In this document: positions 10,603 through 20,817 of the stretch, in pieces | How the letters are laid out: every line of letters begins with the position of its first letter | Position numbering within the stretch: position 1 is the first letter of the stretch | Source: Candidatus Eiseniibacteriota bacterium | GTDB lineage: Bacteria; Eisenbacteria; RBG-16-71-46 | Assembly: GCA_963717505.1 (NCBI GenBank) | Contig: OY970342.1 | Location: 2,368,001-2,432,000, forward strand | DNA length: 64,000 nt | Direction: 5' to 3' | Translations under genes and position numbers: made by a program | Notes under the pieces: generated by a model | The model's database searches: none | Told to the model about the DNA's origin: nothing | Seen by the model: the letters and a program-made list of their open reading frames with translations, nothing else

Positions 10603-11653
10603 CGCCATGCGCGGCGTGACCATCACCGGCACCGGCATGTACGTGCCGGATCGGGTGCTGACCAACGCCGACCTCGAGAAGCTGGTCGACACGTCCAACG
10701 AGTGGATCCTCGAGCGCACCGGAATCATCGAGCGCCGGATCGCGGCCGACCACCAGGCGTCCTCGGACCTGTCGGTCGAGGCGGCGCGCCGCGCACTGGA
10801 GATGGCCAAAATCGAGCCCGGGCAGATCGATCAGATCGTGGTTGCGACCACGACACCCGATCGGTACCTGCCGTCGTGCGCGTGCACCGTGCAGGCCAAG
10901 CTCGGTGCCACCAAGGCCGCGGCCTACGACGTGTTCGCCGCATGCACCGGTTTCGTCTTCGGTATGGGACTGGCGCGCGGCATGGTCGCGACCGGCACGG
11001 CCAACACCGTCCTGGTCATCGGCGTCGAGATGCTGTCGCGCATCGTCGACTACACCGACCGCAACACCTGTGTGCTGTTCGGCGACGGCGCCGGAGCCGC
11101 GGTATTCCAGCCCTGCCCGCCCGGCGAGGGCATCCTGGGCGTGTCGATGCACAGCGACGGTGCGCTCGGCGACCTGCTCGAGATTCCGGCCGGCGGGACC
11201 GCGATGCCGGCCAGCCACGCGACGGTCGACGCCGGCGGGCACTTCATCCGCATGCGCGGCAAGGAGCTGTTCAAGGTCGCGGTCCGCTGCATGGAGGAGA
11301 GCCTGCGCGACTCGCTCGAACAGGCGGGGCTCTCGCCGAACGACCTCGACCTGGTGATCCCACACCAGGCCAATCTGCGCATCATCGACGCGATGCGCGA
11401 GCGTCTCGGCGTTCCGGCCGATCGGGTCGTCGTCAACATCGAGCGCTATGGCAACACCTCCTCGGCCTCGATTCCGATCAGCCTCGACGAAGTCGTGCGC
11501 TCGGGACGCGTCAAGCCCGGCGACCGGATCGGATTCGTGGCCTTTGGCGGGGGCGTCACCTGGGGTGGGGCGGTGGTCCGCTGGACGTTGCCGGTGCAGA
11601 TTCCGGCGGCGAACTCCGGTGCCGCGGTTGCCGCGTCCGGAGCCCGCGCGTGA
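10586..11653 (+). CDS. fabH: 3-oxoacyl-ACP synthase III
   Basis: [43 protein letters not shown]. Confidence 0.96.
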   Translation: MTPRPDAMRGVTITGTGMYVPDRVLTNADLEKLVDTSNEWILERTGIIERRIAADHQASSDLSVEAARRALEMAKIEPGQIDQIVVATTTPDRYLPSCACTVQAKLGATKAAAYDVFAACTGFVFGMGLARGMVATGTANTVLVIGVEMLSRIVDYTDRNTCVLFGDGAGAAVFQPCPPGEGILGVSMHSDGALGDLLEIPAGGTAMPASHATVDAGGHFIRMRGKELFKVAVRCMEESLRDSLEQAGLSPNDLDLVIPHQANLRIIDAMRERLGVPADRVVVNIERYGNTSSASIPISLDEVVRSGRVKPGDRIGFVAFGGGVTWGGAVVRWTLPVQIPAANSGAAVAASGARA

Positions 11654-12609
11654 AGCTCGCGTTCCTGTTTCCCGGTCAGGGCAGTCAGACCGTCGGCATG
11701 GGGCGGGTACTGGCCGCGGCGCATCCGGCGGCCCGCGAAGTGTTCGAGCGCGCGGATCAAGCACTCGGCCTGCCGCTGACCCGGTTGTGCTGGGAAGGTC
11801 CCGAGGACGAGCTGCGCAAGACGGTGCACGCACAGCCGGCGTTGCTGACCCACAGTGTCGCGGCCCTGCGGGTGCTGACCGAGGCGGGTCTCGCGCCCGC
11901 CTGGGTCGCCGGACACAGTCTGGGCGAGTATTCGGCGTGCGTGGCGGCCGGCGCTCTGGAGTTCGAGGATGCGCTGCGGCTGGTTCACCGGCGCGGCCAG
12001 CTCATGTATCAGGCCGGCATCGACCGGCCGGGCACCATGGCCGCGATTCTCGGCATGGACGGCGAGGCGGTCGAGGCGGCGTGCGCCGCGGCGTCGTCGG
12101 CCGGGGTGGTCCAGGCGGCGAACTTCAACGCTCCCGGCCAGGTGGTGATTTCGGGCGAGATCGCGGCGGTCGAGAAGGCGTGCGAGATCGCGCGCGAGCG
12201 GGGTGCTCGGCGCGCGATCCGGCTCGACGTCAGCGGCGCCTTCCACTCGCCGCTCATGGACGCGGCGGCCTCGGGGCTCGCCGCGGCACTCGACCAGGCG
12301 ACGTTCCGCGAGCCACGCTGCCCGGTGGTCGCCAACGTCAGCGCCCAGCCCGTGTCGGCGGCTCAAGCCCTGCGCGATGCGCTCAAGCGGCAGCTGCTGG
12401 GTGCGGTGCGCTGGGAAGAATCGATGCGGTTCCTGCTGGCGCACGGGGTCGATGCGTTCGTCGAGGTCGGCACCGGGAAAGTCCTGCGCGGGCTATTGCG
12501 CACCGTGAACGCCGACATTCGGGCTTACGGCTCCGACGACGCCGAGGCGATCGCGGCGACGCTGACCGCACTCGCCCGGACTTCTGGCCCCAAGGAGGCG
12601 CACGCGTGA
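11650..12609 (+). CDS. fabD: Malonyl-CoA-ACP transacylase
   Basis: [26 protein letters not shown]. Confidence 0.96.
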   Translation: MKLAFLFPGQGSQTVGMGRVLAAAHPAAREVFERADQALGLPLTRLCWEGPEDELRKTVHAQPALLTHSVAALRVLTEAGLAPAWVAGHSLGEYSACVAAGALEFEDALRLVHRRGQLMYQAGIDRPGTMAAILGMDGEAVEAACAAASSAGVVQAANFNAPGQVVISGEIAAVEKACEIARERGARRAIRLDVSGAFHSPLMDAAASGLAAALDQATFREPRCPVVANVSAQPVSAAQALRDALKRQLLGAVRWEESMRFLLAHGVDAFVEVGTGKVLRGLLRTVNADIRAYGSDDAEAIAATLTALARTSGPKEAHA

Positions 12610-13385
12610 CGCAGCCCTCCGGGAGCACCGCGGTGGATCCCCGACTGGAGCTGGCCGGCCAGGTCGCCTTCGTCACCGGTGGTGCGACCGGCATCGGTCT
12701 CGCCATCAGCCGGCTGCTGGCCCAGCGTGGTGCGGCGGTCGCGATGTTCGCGCGCAACGCCGAGCGAACCGAGGAGGCCGCGCGCGGGCTCAGGGCGGAA
12801 GGCGGCAGCGTTCACGCATTTGCCGCCGACATCGCCAGGACCGATTCGGTCGATCAGGCGTTCGCCGCAGCACTCGGCGAGCTCGGACGGGTGGACATCC
12901 TGGTCAACAACGCCGGGATCACCCGCGACGGGTTGTTCCTGCGCATGGACGATGCGCAATGGGAGGAGGTCCTGACGACCAACCTCCAGGGAGCCTTCCG
13001 CTGCTGTCGGGCGGTGGCTCGACCCATGATGAAGGCGCGCTCCGGGCGCATCATCAATATTTCTTCGGTCGTCGGCTTGATCGGAAACGCCGGTCAGGCC
13101 AATTATTCGGCGGCGAAGGCAGGGCTGCTCGGCCTCACCAAGTCGCTCGCCCGCGAGTTGAGCGGGCGGGGGATCACGGTGAACGCCGTGTGCCCGGGCT
13201 TCATCGAGACGGACATGACCGCGGAGCTGCCGGAAGCGGCGCGCGCCGAGCTCATGTCCCGGATTCCGCTCGGCCGGCTGGGCCGCCCCGACGAGGTGGC
13301 CGAGGTGGTCGCGTTCCTGGCCTCGCCGCGGGCCGCCTACGTCACCGGCCAGACATGGGCCGTGGACGGCGGCATGGTGATGTAG
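12606..13385 (+). CDS. fabG: 3-oxoacyl-ACP reductase
   Basis: [39 protein letters not shown]. Confidence 0.96.
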   Translation: MTQPSGSTAVDPRLELAGQVAFVTGGATGIGLAISRLLAQRGAAVAMFARNAERTEEAARGLRAEGGSVHAFAADIARTDSVDQAFAAALGELGRVDILVNNAGITRDGLFLRMDDAQWEEVLTTNLQGAFRCCRAVARPMMKARSGRIINISSVVGLIGNAGQANYSAAKAGLLGLTKSLARELSGRGITVNAVCPGFIETDMTAELPEAARAELMSRIPLGRLGRPDEVAEVVAFLASPRAAYVTGQTWAVDGGMVM

Positions 13386-13429
13386 TCTGGAGCCGTCTCG
13401 TCACCCCGAAACCTACGGAGGTGCAGGTC

Positions 13430-13672
13430 GTGGCATCATTCAGTGAAGACCGCGTGAAGGAGATCATCGCCAAGGAGCTCGAAGTCGAGATCAAGCAGCT
13501 CACGCCCGAGGCCAAGTTCATCGAGGACCTGGGTGCGGACTCCCTCGACATCGTGGAGCTGGTCATGGCGCTAGAGGACGAATTCGGACTCGACATTCCC
13601 GACGAGGATGCCGAAAAACTGAAGACCGTCGGTGACGCCATGAACTACCTCAAGCAGAACGCGACCGCCTAG
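13430..13672 (+). CDS. acpP: Acyl carrier protein
   Basis: [17 protein letters not shown]; GGAGG RBS before GTG. Confidence 0.97.
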   Translation: MASFSEDRVKEIIAKELEVEIKQLTPEAKFIEDLGADSLDIVELVMALEDEFGLDIPDEDAEKLKTVGDAMNYLKQNATA

Positions 13673-13765
13673 GTCGTACGACCAGGCGACTCCGGACGTC
13701 CCACCCGCGCGCGGTTGCGCATGGCGGGTCGGGCCTGATCCGGGCGCGAGCTCACCGGAAGGTTC

Positions 13766-15013
13766 ATGTCGCACAACGGAAATCGGGTGTTCATCACCGG
13801 GACCGGCGTGGTATCGCCGCTCGGCAACAGCACCCAAGAGATGTGGAAACGCCTGCTCGCCGGGGAATCCGGCGCCGGGCCGATCACCCGCTTCGACGCA
13901 TCGGCGTACGAGACGCGGTTCGCCTGCGAGGTCAAGGACCTCAAGGTGGACGGCATCATCGACCGCAAGGACGCGCGGCGGATGGATCGATTCGTCCAGT
14001 TTGCCGTGGTCGCCAGCCACGAGGCCATCCAGAATGCCGGCCTCGACCTGAACACCCTGAACTTGGACCGGATCGGCGTGCTGATCGGATCGGGCATCGG
14101 CGGCATGGAAACCTTCGAAACTCAGCACAGGATCCTGCTCGAGCGGGGTCCGGGGCGAGTGAGTCCATTCTTCATTCCGATGATGATTTCGGACATGGCC
14201 GCGGGGCAGGTCTCCATTCAGTTCGGCCTGCGCGGTCCCAATTTCTGTACGGTTTCGGCATGCGCTTCGGGCGCACACGCGATTGGTGAGGCCTTGCGCC
14301 TCATCCGTGCGGGCGATGCCGATGTACTCATTGCTGGCGGCAGCGAGGCGACCATCACGCCGATGGCGCTCGCGGGTTTCAGCAATGCACGCGCCCTGTC
14401 CACTCGTAACGACGACCCCCAACACGCGAGCCGTCCCTTCGACCAGGATCGGGACGGATTCGTGATCGGCGAAGGTGCCGGCATCGTGGTGCTCGAATCC
14501 GAGGCGCATGCCCGCCGCAGAAACGCTCCCGTAATCTGCGAACTCAGCGGCTACGGCGCGTCCGGAGACGCCTACCACATGACCGCCCCCAGCGAGACCG
14601 GTGACGGCGCAGCGCGCGCGCTCAGGCGCGCGCTCGAGGACGCGAAACTGCGTCCCGAAGACGTGGAATACGTCAATGCGCACGGCACGTCGACTCCGGC
14701 CGGGGACCCCATCGAGGTCCTCGCGGTCAAGTCCGCTATGGGCGACCAGGCCCGTCGCATCCTCATGAGCTCCACCAAGTCCATGACCGGGCATCTGCTC
14801 GGGGCAGCGGGCGGGCTCGAGGCTGTGATCTCCGCGCTCACGATTGTGAATGGGGTCGTTCCACCTACCATCAACCTGGAACAAGCGGATCCTCAATGCG
14901 ACCTCGATTTCGTACCGAAACAAGCCCGAACGCATCGCGTGAAGGCGGCTCTCTCGAACTCGTTCGGGTTCGGCGGGCACAACGTGACACTGGCTCTGAA
15001 GGCCGTAACCTAA
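13766..15013 (+). CDS. fabF: 3-oxoacyl-ACP synthase II
   Basis: SACASGAHAIG, NAHGTST, KSMTGHLLGAAG, SNSFGFGGHN. Confidence 0.97.
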   Translation: MSHNGNRVFITGTGVVSPLGNSTQEMWKRLLAGESGAGPITRFDASAYETRFACEVKDLKVDGIIDRKDARRMDRFVQFAVVASHEAIQNAGLDLNTLNLDRIGVLIGSGIGGMETFETQHRILLERGPGRVSPFFIPMMISDMAAGQVSIQFGLRGPNFCTVSACASGAHAIGEALRLIRAGDADVLIAGGSEATITPMALAGFSNARALSTRNDDPQHASRPFDQDRDGFVIGEGAGIVVLESEAHARRRNAPVICELSGYGASGDAYHMTAPSETGDGAARALRRALEDAKLRPEDVEYVNAHGTSTPAGDPIEVLAVKSAMGDQARRILMSSTKSMTGHLLGAAGGLEAVISALTIVNGVVPPTINLEQADPQCDLDFVPKQARTHRVKAALSNSFGFGGHNVTLALKAVT

Positions 15014-16521
15014 GACGCCGATCGCGTCGCCGCGGAGGCCGCGGACGCCGCGGCACGCCGCGACCGCCGGTCGGGCAGAAGCCTCCGGGTTTCTGGGACT
15101 GGCTGAAGAACCTCTTCCGGAGGCCGGAGACCCCGGTTCCCGACGAGCAGGAAGCGCGCCTGATGGCCGCGTTCTGCCAGCACTACCACGTGCAGTTCCG
15201 CGACCTCGAGCTGCTGCGGCTGGCGCTGACCCATCGTTCCTACCTGAGCGTGACCGGCCGCGGCGAGCGCGAGTCCAACGAGCGGCTGGAGTTCCTGGGC
15301 GACTCGGTGCTCGGGCTCGTGACCAGCGAGTACCTGTTCCGCACCCATCCGACCGAGCACGAAGGCCAGCTGACCAAGACCAAGTCGCTGCTGGTGTCGA
15401 AGGCGATCCTGGCCCGGCGCGCGCTCAAGATGGGGCTCGGCCGTTTCGTGTTCATGAGCCATTCCGAGATCGAATCGGGTGGCCGCCAGCGGCTGTCGAT
15501 CCTGGCCGACGCGTTCGAGTCGGTGCTGGGCGCGATCTACCTGGATCAAGGCTTCGAGGCGGCGCGCGGCTTCATCCACACGAACCTGTTGAGCGAGGCG
15601 CGCGAAATCGCCGCCGACAAACGGCACACCAACTACAAGAGCCACCTGCAGGAGTACGTCCAGAGCACCTATCGCACGCACCCGGTGTATCGCATCCGGC
15701 GCGAAGTCGGCCCCGACCATTCGAAGCAGTTCGTGGTCGATGTGATGGTCGGCCGGCGGGTTCTCGGCGGCGGACGCGGACAGAACAAGAAGGATGCGGA
15801 GCAGTCGGCGGCGCGTGATGCGTTGGACCAGGTGACGTCGCGTCGTTCCGGTCCTGAAGGTCGGGCGGAGAGGGCCCCTCGGACCCGGACCGAAGCTCTC
15901 CCCGAGCGTGACGAGCGTGACGAGCGTGACGATCGTGATGAGCATGACGAGCGCAACGAGCGGACCGAACGGGCGGAGCGCGCACGTCCTCCCGAGCCGC
16001 GCGGCCGGGAGACCCGCGGTCGAGCCCGTCGCGACTCCGGTCGCGGCGAGTCCTCCACGGCATACGAGCCCGAGACGCACGACGAGCCCGAGGTCGAGTC
16101 GAGGCCGGTGGCTGCTCGGCGCCATCCTCCGGTGCCCACCCGGATCGAGGCGGCGCGCATGGCGGCACAATCGGTTCCGGTCGATGCGTTGCCTGAGGAC
16201 GAGGAACTCGACGACGTCACCGGTCGCTATGAAGACGTGGATGACGAGATCGGGCGCCCCGAGGGACCGCTCGAGGAACGTCACGTCGATCCCTTCGGTC
16301 TCGAAGCTCCGGAATCCTCGACCGAACAGGCGACGTCTCACTACGATAGCCCCGGTCCCGATTCCGGCAGAACCGTGGTTAGCGCGTTGAGTCGCATGCG
16401 GTCCCCGGCTGCGGATTCGCGCGCGAGCGAGTCGGCTGAGTCCGAGCCGCCGTCGACCTCCGGGTCCGACCGGGGTCCGTCCTCCGGACGCTACGGACGC
16501 CGGCGCGGGCGCCGGCGCTGA
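14896..16521 (+). CDS. rnc: Ribonuclease III with long disordered C-terminal extension (start uncertain: ATG 14896 inside fabF, or ATG 15163)
   Basis: ALTHRS, NERLEFLGDSVLGL, ADAFESVLGAIYLD, dsRBD NYKSHLQEYVQ...GPDHSKQF...KKDAEQSAA. Confidence 0.9.
   Translation: MRPRFRTETSPNASREGGSLELVRVRRAQRDTGSEGRNLRRRSRRRGGRGRRGTPRPPVGQKPPGFWDWLKNLFRRPETPVPDEQEARLMAAFCQHYHVQFRDLELLRLALTHRSYLSVTGRGERESNERLEFLGDSVLGLVTSEYLFRTHPTEHEGQLTKTKSLLVSKAILARRALKMGLGRFVFMSHSEIESGGRQRLSILADAFESVLGAIYLDQGFEAARGFIHTNLLSEAREIAADKRHTNYKSHLQEYVQSTYRTHPVYRIRREVGPDHSKQFVVDVMVGRRVLGGGRGQNKKDAEQSAARDALDQVTSRRSGPEGRAERAPRTRTEALPERDERDERDDRDEHDERNERTERAERARPPEPRGRETRGRARRDSGRGESSTAYEPETHDEPEVESRPVAARRHPPVPTRIEAARMAAQSVPVDALPEDEELDDVTGRYEDVDDEIGRPEGPLEERHVDPFGLEAPESSTEQATSHYDSPGPDSGRTVVSALSRMRSPAADSRASESAESEPPSTSGSDRGPSSGRYGRRRGRRR
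15904..15960 (+). repeat. 9-bp coding tandem repeat (GAGCGTGAC x3, then degenerate copies) encoding ERD repeats
   Basis: Seen directly in the rnc tail. Confidence 0.75.
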
Positions 16522-16600
16522 GTCGCACCGCGGACCGGAACCGGAGGTCGTCGCCGCCTGGCGATCCGGATTCCGGCCCGCGGTGATAGGCTTCGCCTGC

Positions 16601-18259
16601 ATGAAGAACTTCGCTAGGTGCGCGGCGGCCGCCGTGGCGCTGTGGGCCATCCCGGCCACGGCGGACTCGGTCACCGAATTTCCGAGCGAAGAGGCGATGC
16701 GCCGTTATGCCGCCGGGCGTCTCTACGAGGAGAGCGGCGACTACGGCGCGGCGTTGCGGGAATACTATCGCGCCTTCGTGCTCGATCCCGGAGCGCCGGC
16801 GTTGGCGCGGCGCATGAGCGAGCTGTCCGCGCGCATCGGAGACTCCGAACGTTCGCTCGAGTTCGCCGAGCGCGGGCTGGCGACCCATCCGAACGACCCC
16901 GAGTTGCTCTGGCTGCGCGGGGCCGCGCTGTTCAACCTCGGTCGTTATCTCGAAGCCTACGAGGTCCTCGACCAGGCGGCGGCCGGCGATACCACCAACG
17001 CCGAGTACCAGCGCACGTTCGCTCGCGCCGCCGAACAGGTGGATCGCGTCGACCGCTCGGCCGCAGCCTATCGCAGGGCCACCGCACTCGAGCCCGAGGA
17101 TGCCGAGTCCTGGTTTCAGCTGGCCGCGGCCGAAGCGCGCCTGGGGCGATTCGACGAGGCCGAGCGGGCTCTGAAGCAGGCCCGGGATCTCGGCTCGACC
17201 CGGCCGGGTATGAAATTCCTCGAAGGCTGGGTGCACGAAGGCAAGGGTCGCAACCGCGAAGCGATCACCAGCTATCGCGAGCACCTCGAGAGCTTCGACA
17301 ACGATCAGATCACGCGCCGCCGGCTGGTGCAGCTGCTGGCCCGCGAGAAGCGCTTCGACGAGGCCTTTCGCGAAGCCGCGGTCGTTTCGCGCGCCTCACC
17401 CGGCGATTTCCTGGCGCTCGAAGTCGAGGGCGATCTCGCGTTTCGCTCCAAGCGCGCCGATCAGGGCGAGCAAGTGGTGCTCGAAATGCTCGCGCAGGCT
17501 GGATCGGATGCCGACCGCGCGTTTCGCGCGTGTGCGATGTTGGTTCGGCACGACCGCAAGAAGCGCGGCATCGCGCTCGCGGATACCTGGGCGACCTCGG
17601 CCCGGCCGCCTTCAGGGGAGATGCTGTCGTCTCGCATTCGCGGCTTCGCCGAGGATCCGCGCGGGGCGATGACCTACGCGCAGCGGGCGATCGAGGTGGC
17701 GCCCGATTCGCTGGCGCCTCGCGTCCTGATGGCCCGATTGCACGCGACGGCCAAGTCCTTCGCCGCCGCCGAATCGGCGTGGACTGAGTGCCTGCCGCAC
17801 GGCGCCGACACGGTGGCGGTCCTGCTCGAGATCGCGTTCTGCCGCGAGCAGAACAAAGACATTCATGGCGCCGAGTCGGCGGTCCGGGACGCCCTGCGCC
17901 GCGATCCCCTGAATCCCCGAGTGCTCAATTTCCTTGGATACCTGCTCGCGGACGACAACCGGAACCTGGAGGAGGCCCTGACCCTGATACGCAGGGCACT
18001 GGAGAACGACCCCGAGAACGGGGCCTATGTGGATTCCCTGGGCTGGGCCTACTACCGTCTCGGGCGCCTGGAGGAGGCTCGGGCCGAGCTGGAAAGGGCC
18101 ATTCGGCTCACCGATGGCGACCCGGTGGTCCACGAGCACCTGGGCGACGTTTACCGGGACCTCAGGATGTTCAGCGAAGCCAAGGCGCAGTACCGTCTCA
18201 GTTTGGCCCGGGACGGCGCCAACCCCAACGTCCGTGAGAAGCTCTCCCGGCTACGCTAG
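16601..18259 (+). CDS. Secreted tetratricopeptide-repeat protein
   Basis: Signal peptide; TPRs; LNFLGYLLAD...GAYVDSLGWAYYRLG...HEHLGDVY. Confidence 0.88.
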   Translation: MKNFARCAAAAVALWAIPATADSVTEFPSEEAMRRYAAGRLYEESGDYGAALREYYRAFVLDPGAPALARRMSELSARIGDSERSLEFAERGLATHPNDPELLWLRGAALFNLGRYLEAYEVLDQAAAGDTTNAEYQRTFARAAEQVDRVDRSAAAYRRATALEPEDAESWFQLAAAEARLGRFDEAERALKQARDLGSTRPGMKFLEGWVHEGKGRNREAITSYREHLESFDNDQITRRRLVQLLAREKRFDEAFREAAVVSRASPGDFLALEVEGDLAFRSKRADQGEQVVLEMLAQAGSDADRAFRACAMLVRHDRKKRGIALADTWATSARPPSGEMLSSRIRGFAEDPRGAMTYAQRAIEVAPDSLAPRVLMARLHATAKSFAAAESAWTECLPHGADTVAVLLEIAFCREQNKDIHGAESAVRDALRRDPLNPRVLNFLGYLLADDNRNLEEALTLIRRALENDPENGAYVDSLGWAYYRLGRLEEARAELERAIRLTDGDPVVHEHLGDVYRDLRMFSEAKAQYRLSLARDGANPNVREKLSRLR

Positions 18260-18263
18260 TTCC

Positions 18264-18290
18264 GGAACCGGGCCGTCAACCCGGTGTAAA
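18264..18290 (+). promoter_or_regulatory. Putative ECF sigma autoregulatory promoter
   Basis: GGAACC-N16-GTAAA immediately upstream of the ECF sigma gene. Confidence 0.5.
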
Positions 18291-18298
18291 TAACCCTG

Positions 18299-18934
18299 GT
18301 GAGGTTGCCATTGCCGTCCGATCGCGACCCGGCATCACCTCAAATTCTCAGCCTTTCCGACGAGGACCTCATGGCCCGAGTCGCCGAGGATGAGGAGCGG
18401 GCTTTTGCCGAGCTGGTGCGCCGGTATCAGGGTCGAATCACGAACCTGATCAGCCGCGTGCTGAACGATCGGGAGTGCTCGGACGACCTGGCGCAAGAGG
18501 TGTTCGTTCGCGTCTATGTCCACCGCCGCAACTACCGGCGTGGATCGAAGCTGTCGACGTGGGTGTTCACCATCGCAGCCAACCTCGCCAAGAACGAGAT
18601 CCGGCGTCGGGTCCGGCGCCGCAATTGGTTCAGCCTGGATGCCCTGCAGGAGGCGCTCAAGGACGGGGCGCTGATGTTCGCCGATCCCAAAGAGGGGCAC
18701 GATCGAGCGATGGAGCGGGGGCAGCTCCAGGAGTTGGTGGGACGCGCCATCGCGGCCGTTCCCGAGAAGTATCGAATGGCGCTGGTGTTGCGGGACATCG
18801 AGGGACTGGCGTACGAGGAGATCGCCGTGGTGTTGGGCGTTCCCGGCGGTACGGTGCGGTCCCGGATCAACCGGGCACGCAGCATGCTCAAGCGGCGTTT
18901 GCAGCCGCTGATGCGCAAGGAAGACACGATATGA
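18299..18934 (+). CDS. ECF RNA polymerase sigma factor (RpoE/SigW-like)
   Basis: AFAELVRRYQ, DDLAQEVF, STWVFTIAANLAKN, LRDIEGLAYEEIA..LGVPGGTVRSRINRAR. Confidence 0.93.
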   Translation: MRLPLPSDRDPASPQILSLSDEDLMARVAEDEERAFAELVRRYQGRITNLISRVLNDRECSDDLAQEVFVRVYVHRRNYRRGSKLSTWVFTIAANLAKNEIRRRVRRRNWFSLDALQEALKDGALMFADPKEGHDRAMERGQLQELVGRAIAAVPEKYRMALVLRDIEGLAYEEIAVVLGVPGGTVRSRINRARSMLKRRLQPLMRKEDTI

Positions 18935-19509
18935 AGTGTGGTCAGGCACGCAGGCTCTTCGGGGCCTTCTGGGACGACGAGATCACGCAGGCCGAGCGCG
19001 AGTGGCTCGAAGCCCACTTCCTCACGTGCTCTCCCTGCCGGACCGAGTACGACGCATTTTCGCGGGTGACCGAAGCGGTCTCGACCCTGCCGCGCGTCGA
19101 GCCCGCACCGGACCTGGTGGAACGCACGCTGGCGCGTGCACGCCGTACGGTGGCGGTCCAGGACGTCCTGCCGGCGCAGGGCACGGCCTGGATTCCGGCG
19201 ACCGCTGCTGCGGTGGTCCTGGTGCTCGCTGCCGGGTTGTTGATCCAGTGGGTCGGGACCGGCTCCGCACCGCGCGAGATCGCGTCGTCGACCACGACCG
19301 TGTCCCCGGGCGGGGATCCGGCCGGCGGCACGTCTACCGGTGCCACGGGCGAGTCGGACGCGTTCGCGACCGCGGTGCCGGACAGCATCTTCGATCCCAA
19401 CGACGACATCGAGTTCGTGCTCGACGCCGTGACGTTGCGTCGCGGTCGGGCCACAGTCGAGAGGAGTCCGCAGAGCATTCATGCCGAACAGGCGGTCATC
19501 TCCTTCTAG
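18931..19509 (+). CDS. Zinc-finger (zf-HC2) anti-sigma factor with one TM helix
   Basis: MKC...H...CSPC; TM AAAVVLVLAAGLLIQW; ATGA overlap with sigma. Confidence 0.85.
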   Translation: MKCGQARRLFGAFWDDEITQAEREWLEAHFLTCSPCRTEYDAFSRVTEAVSTLPRVEPAPDLVERTLARARRTVAVQDVLPAQGTAWIPATAAAVVLVLAAGLLIQWVGTGSAPREIASSTTTVSPGGDPAGGTSTGATGESDAFATAVPDSIFDPNDDIEFVLDAVTLRRGRATVERSPQSIHAEQAVISF

Positions 19510-20713
19510 TTCCGGCGTGACGCTGGTTCCGCCCGGACGTCCGCGCCCCGGGTCGGTGGGGCGTGCGACGTCCGCCGTGCTCGCCGCGTTGCTCCTGATC
19601 CCACCCGCGCTGTTCGCCCAGTCGGTTCCTGCGCCGCCGTCGGTCGACGTCGAGGCCCTGACGCGGACCGTGCGTCCGTCCGTGGTCACCGTGTTCTCGC
19701 AGCAGTCCGTGACCACCGGACGGGTCAGCGAAGGCAAGCCGGTGCGCCGCACGCGCACACGCGTCGGGACCGGGGTTGCGGTCGAGGGCAACGCGATCCT
19801 GACCACCGCCAGCGTGGTGCGTGACGCCGAGCGGGTGAGCGTGATGACCGCCGCCGGGCGGCAGATGGAAGCGAGAGTTCTCGGAATCGACGCGCTCTAC
19901 AACCTGGCGCTGCTCGCCGTCGACGACGTGCAGTTGCCGCCGGTGTTGCTGGCGACCCAGCGCCCGGCCCAGGTCGGCGACTGGGTGTTCACGCTCGGGA
20001 CCTCGTACCGCGGCGAGACCACGCAGTCGGTGGGAACCATTGCCACGCTCTACCGCGACCCGCGCCTGCCCCTGCTCCAGCTCTCGAACACGGCGTATCC
20101 GGGCAACAGCGGAGGTGCCGCACTCAACGCCCGCGGCGAGTTGATCGGCCTGGTCCAGGGCGAAATGGGCTCCTCCGAGTCCCTGGTCCGACCCGAGCTC
20201 GAGCAGACCCCGGGCGCCTGCATCGTCCAGCCGGTCGAGACCATCGTTCCGGTCTATCGAGCCTTGCGCAGCGAAGGTCGGATGCCGCATGGGTTCCTCG
20301 GCGTCCAGACGCGCAACGCCGGCGTCGACAGCGACACCGAGCCCGGTCTTCGAGTGCCGATCGGCGCCCTGGTCGAGAGCGTGCAGCCGGGCGGTCCCGC
20401 CGCGCGCGCCGGCCTCGAGCGCGGCGACCTGATCGTCGGCTTCGAGCGCGATCGCGTGGAGTACGCCGACCAGCTCGCGCGCTGGGTCACGGCGTCGCGG
20501 CCGCGCAGCGCGGTCGAGCTGGTGTGGGTGCGCGGCGACGTGCGCCATAGTGCCAAGGTCACGCTCGGACTCTCGCCCGACACCATGCCGCGCGTGGCTT
20601 CCGCGACGCCGGCGGCGACAGCCTCCGGGCCGAGTGCCGCCAGGATCGCCGAGCTCGAGAAGCAGATTCAGCGCTTGAACGTCGAGCTCCAGCGCCTCAA
20701 GACTTCCAACTAG
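19481..20713 (+). CDS. HtrA/DegP-like trypsin + PDZ protein, catalytic His and Asp substituted
   Basis: GTGV, QVGDWVFTLG, PGNSGGAALNARGELIG, PDZ GFLGV...PGGPAARAGLERGDLI; C-terminal coiled coil. Confidence 0.85.
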   Translation: MPNRRSSPSSSGVTLVPPGRPRPGSVGRATSAVLAALLLIPPALFAQSVPAPPSVDVEALTRTVRPSVVTVFSQQSVTTGRVSEGKPVRRTRTRVGTGVAVEGNAILTTASVVRDAERVSVMTAAGRQMEARVLGIDALYNLALLAVDDVQLPPVLLATQRPAQVGDWVFTLGTSYRGETTQSVGTIATLYRDPRLPLLQLSNTAYPGNSGGAALNARGELIGLVQGEMGSSESLVRPELEQTPGACIVQPVETIVPVYRALRSEGRMPHGFLGVQTRNAGVDSDTEPGLRVPIGALVESVQPGGPAARAGLERGDLIVGFERDRVEYADQLARWVTASRPRSAVELVWVRGDVRHSAKVTLGLSPDTMPRVASATPAATASGPSAARIAELEKQIQRLNVELQRLKTSN

Positions 20714-20817
20714 CGCTTCGACGTCGCCGAAGGCCTCGGCGCGACGTAAAGCGCGACCTGCGAGCTCGACCCACAGCTGGCACCTCCAGAAATCGGCAAG
20801 GTCGCTATACTGCGCCC

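Noticed and set aside
15904-15960. Tandem repeats as a CRISPR or ncRNA array
   Set aside because: 9-bp in-frame coding repeats with no spacers; the same applies to the pnp tail at about 46820-46875.
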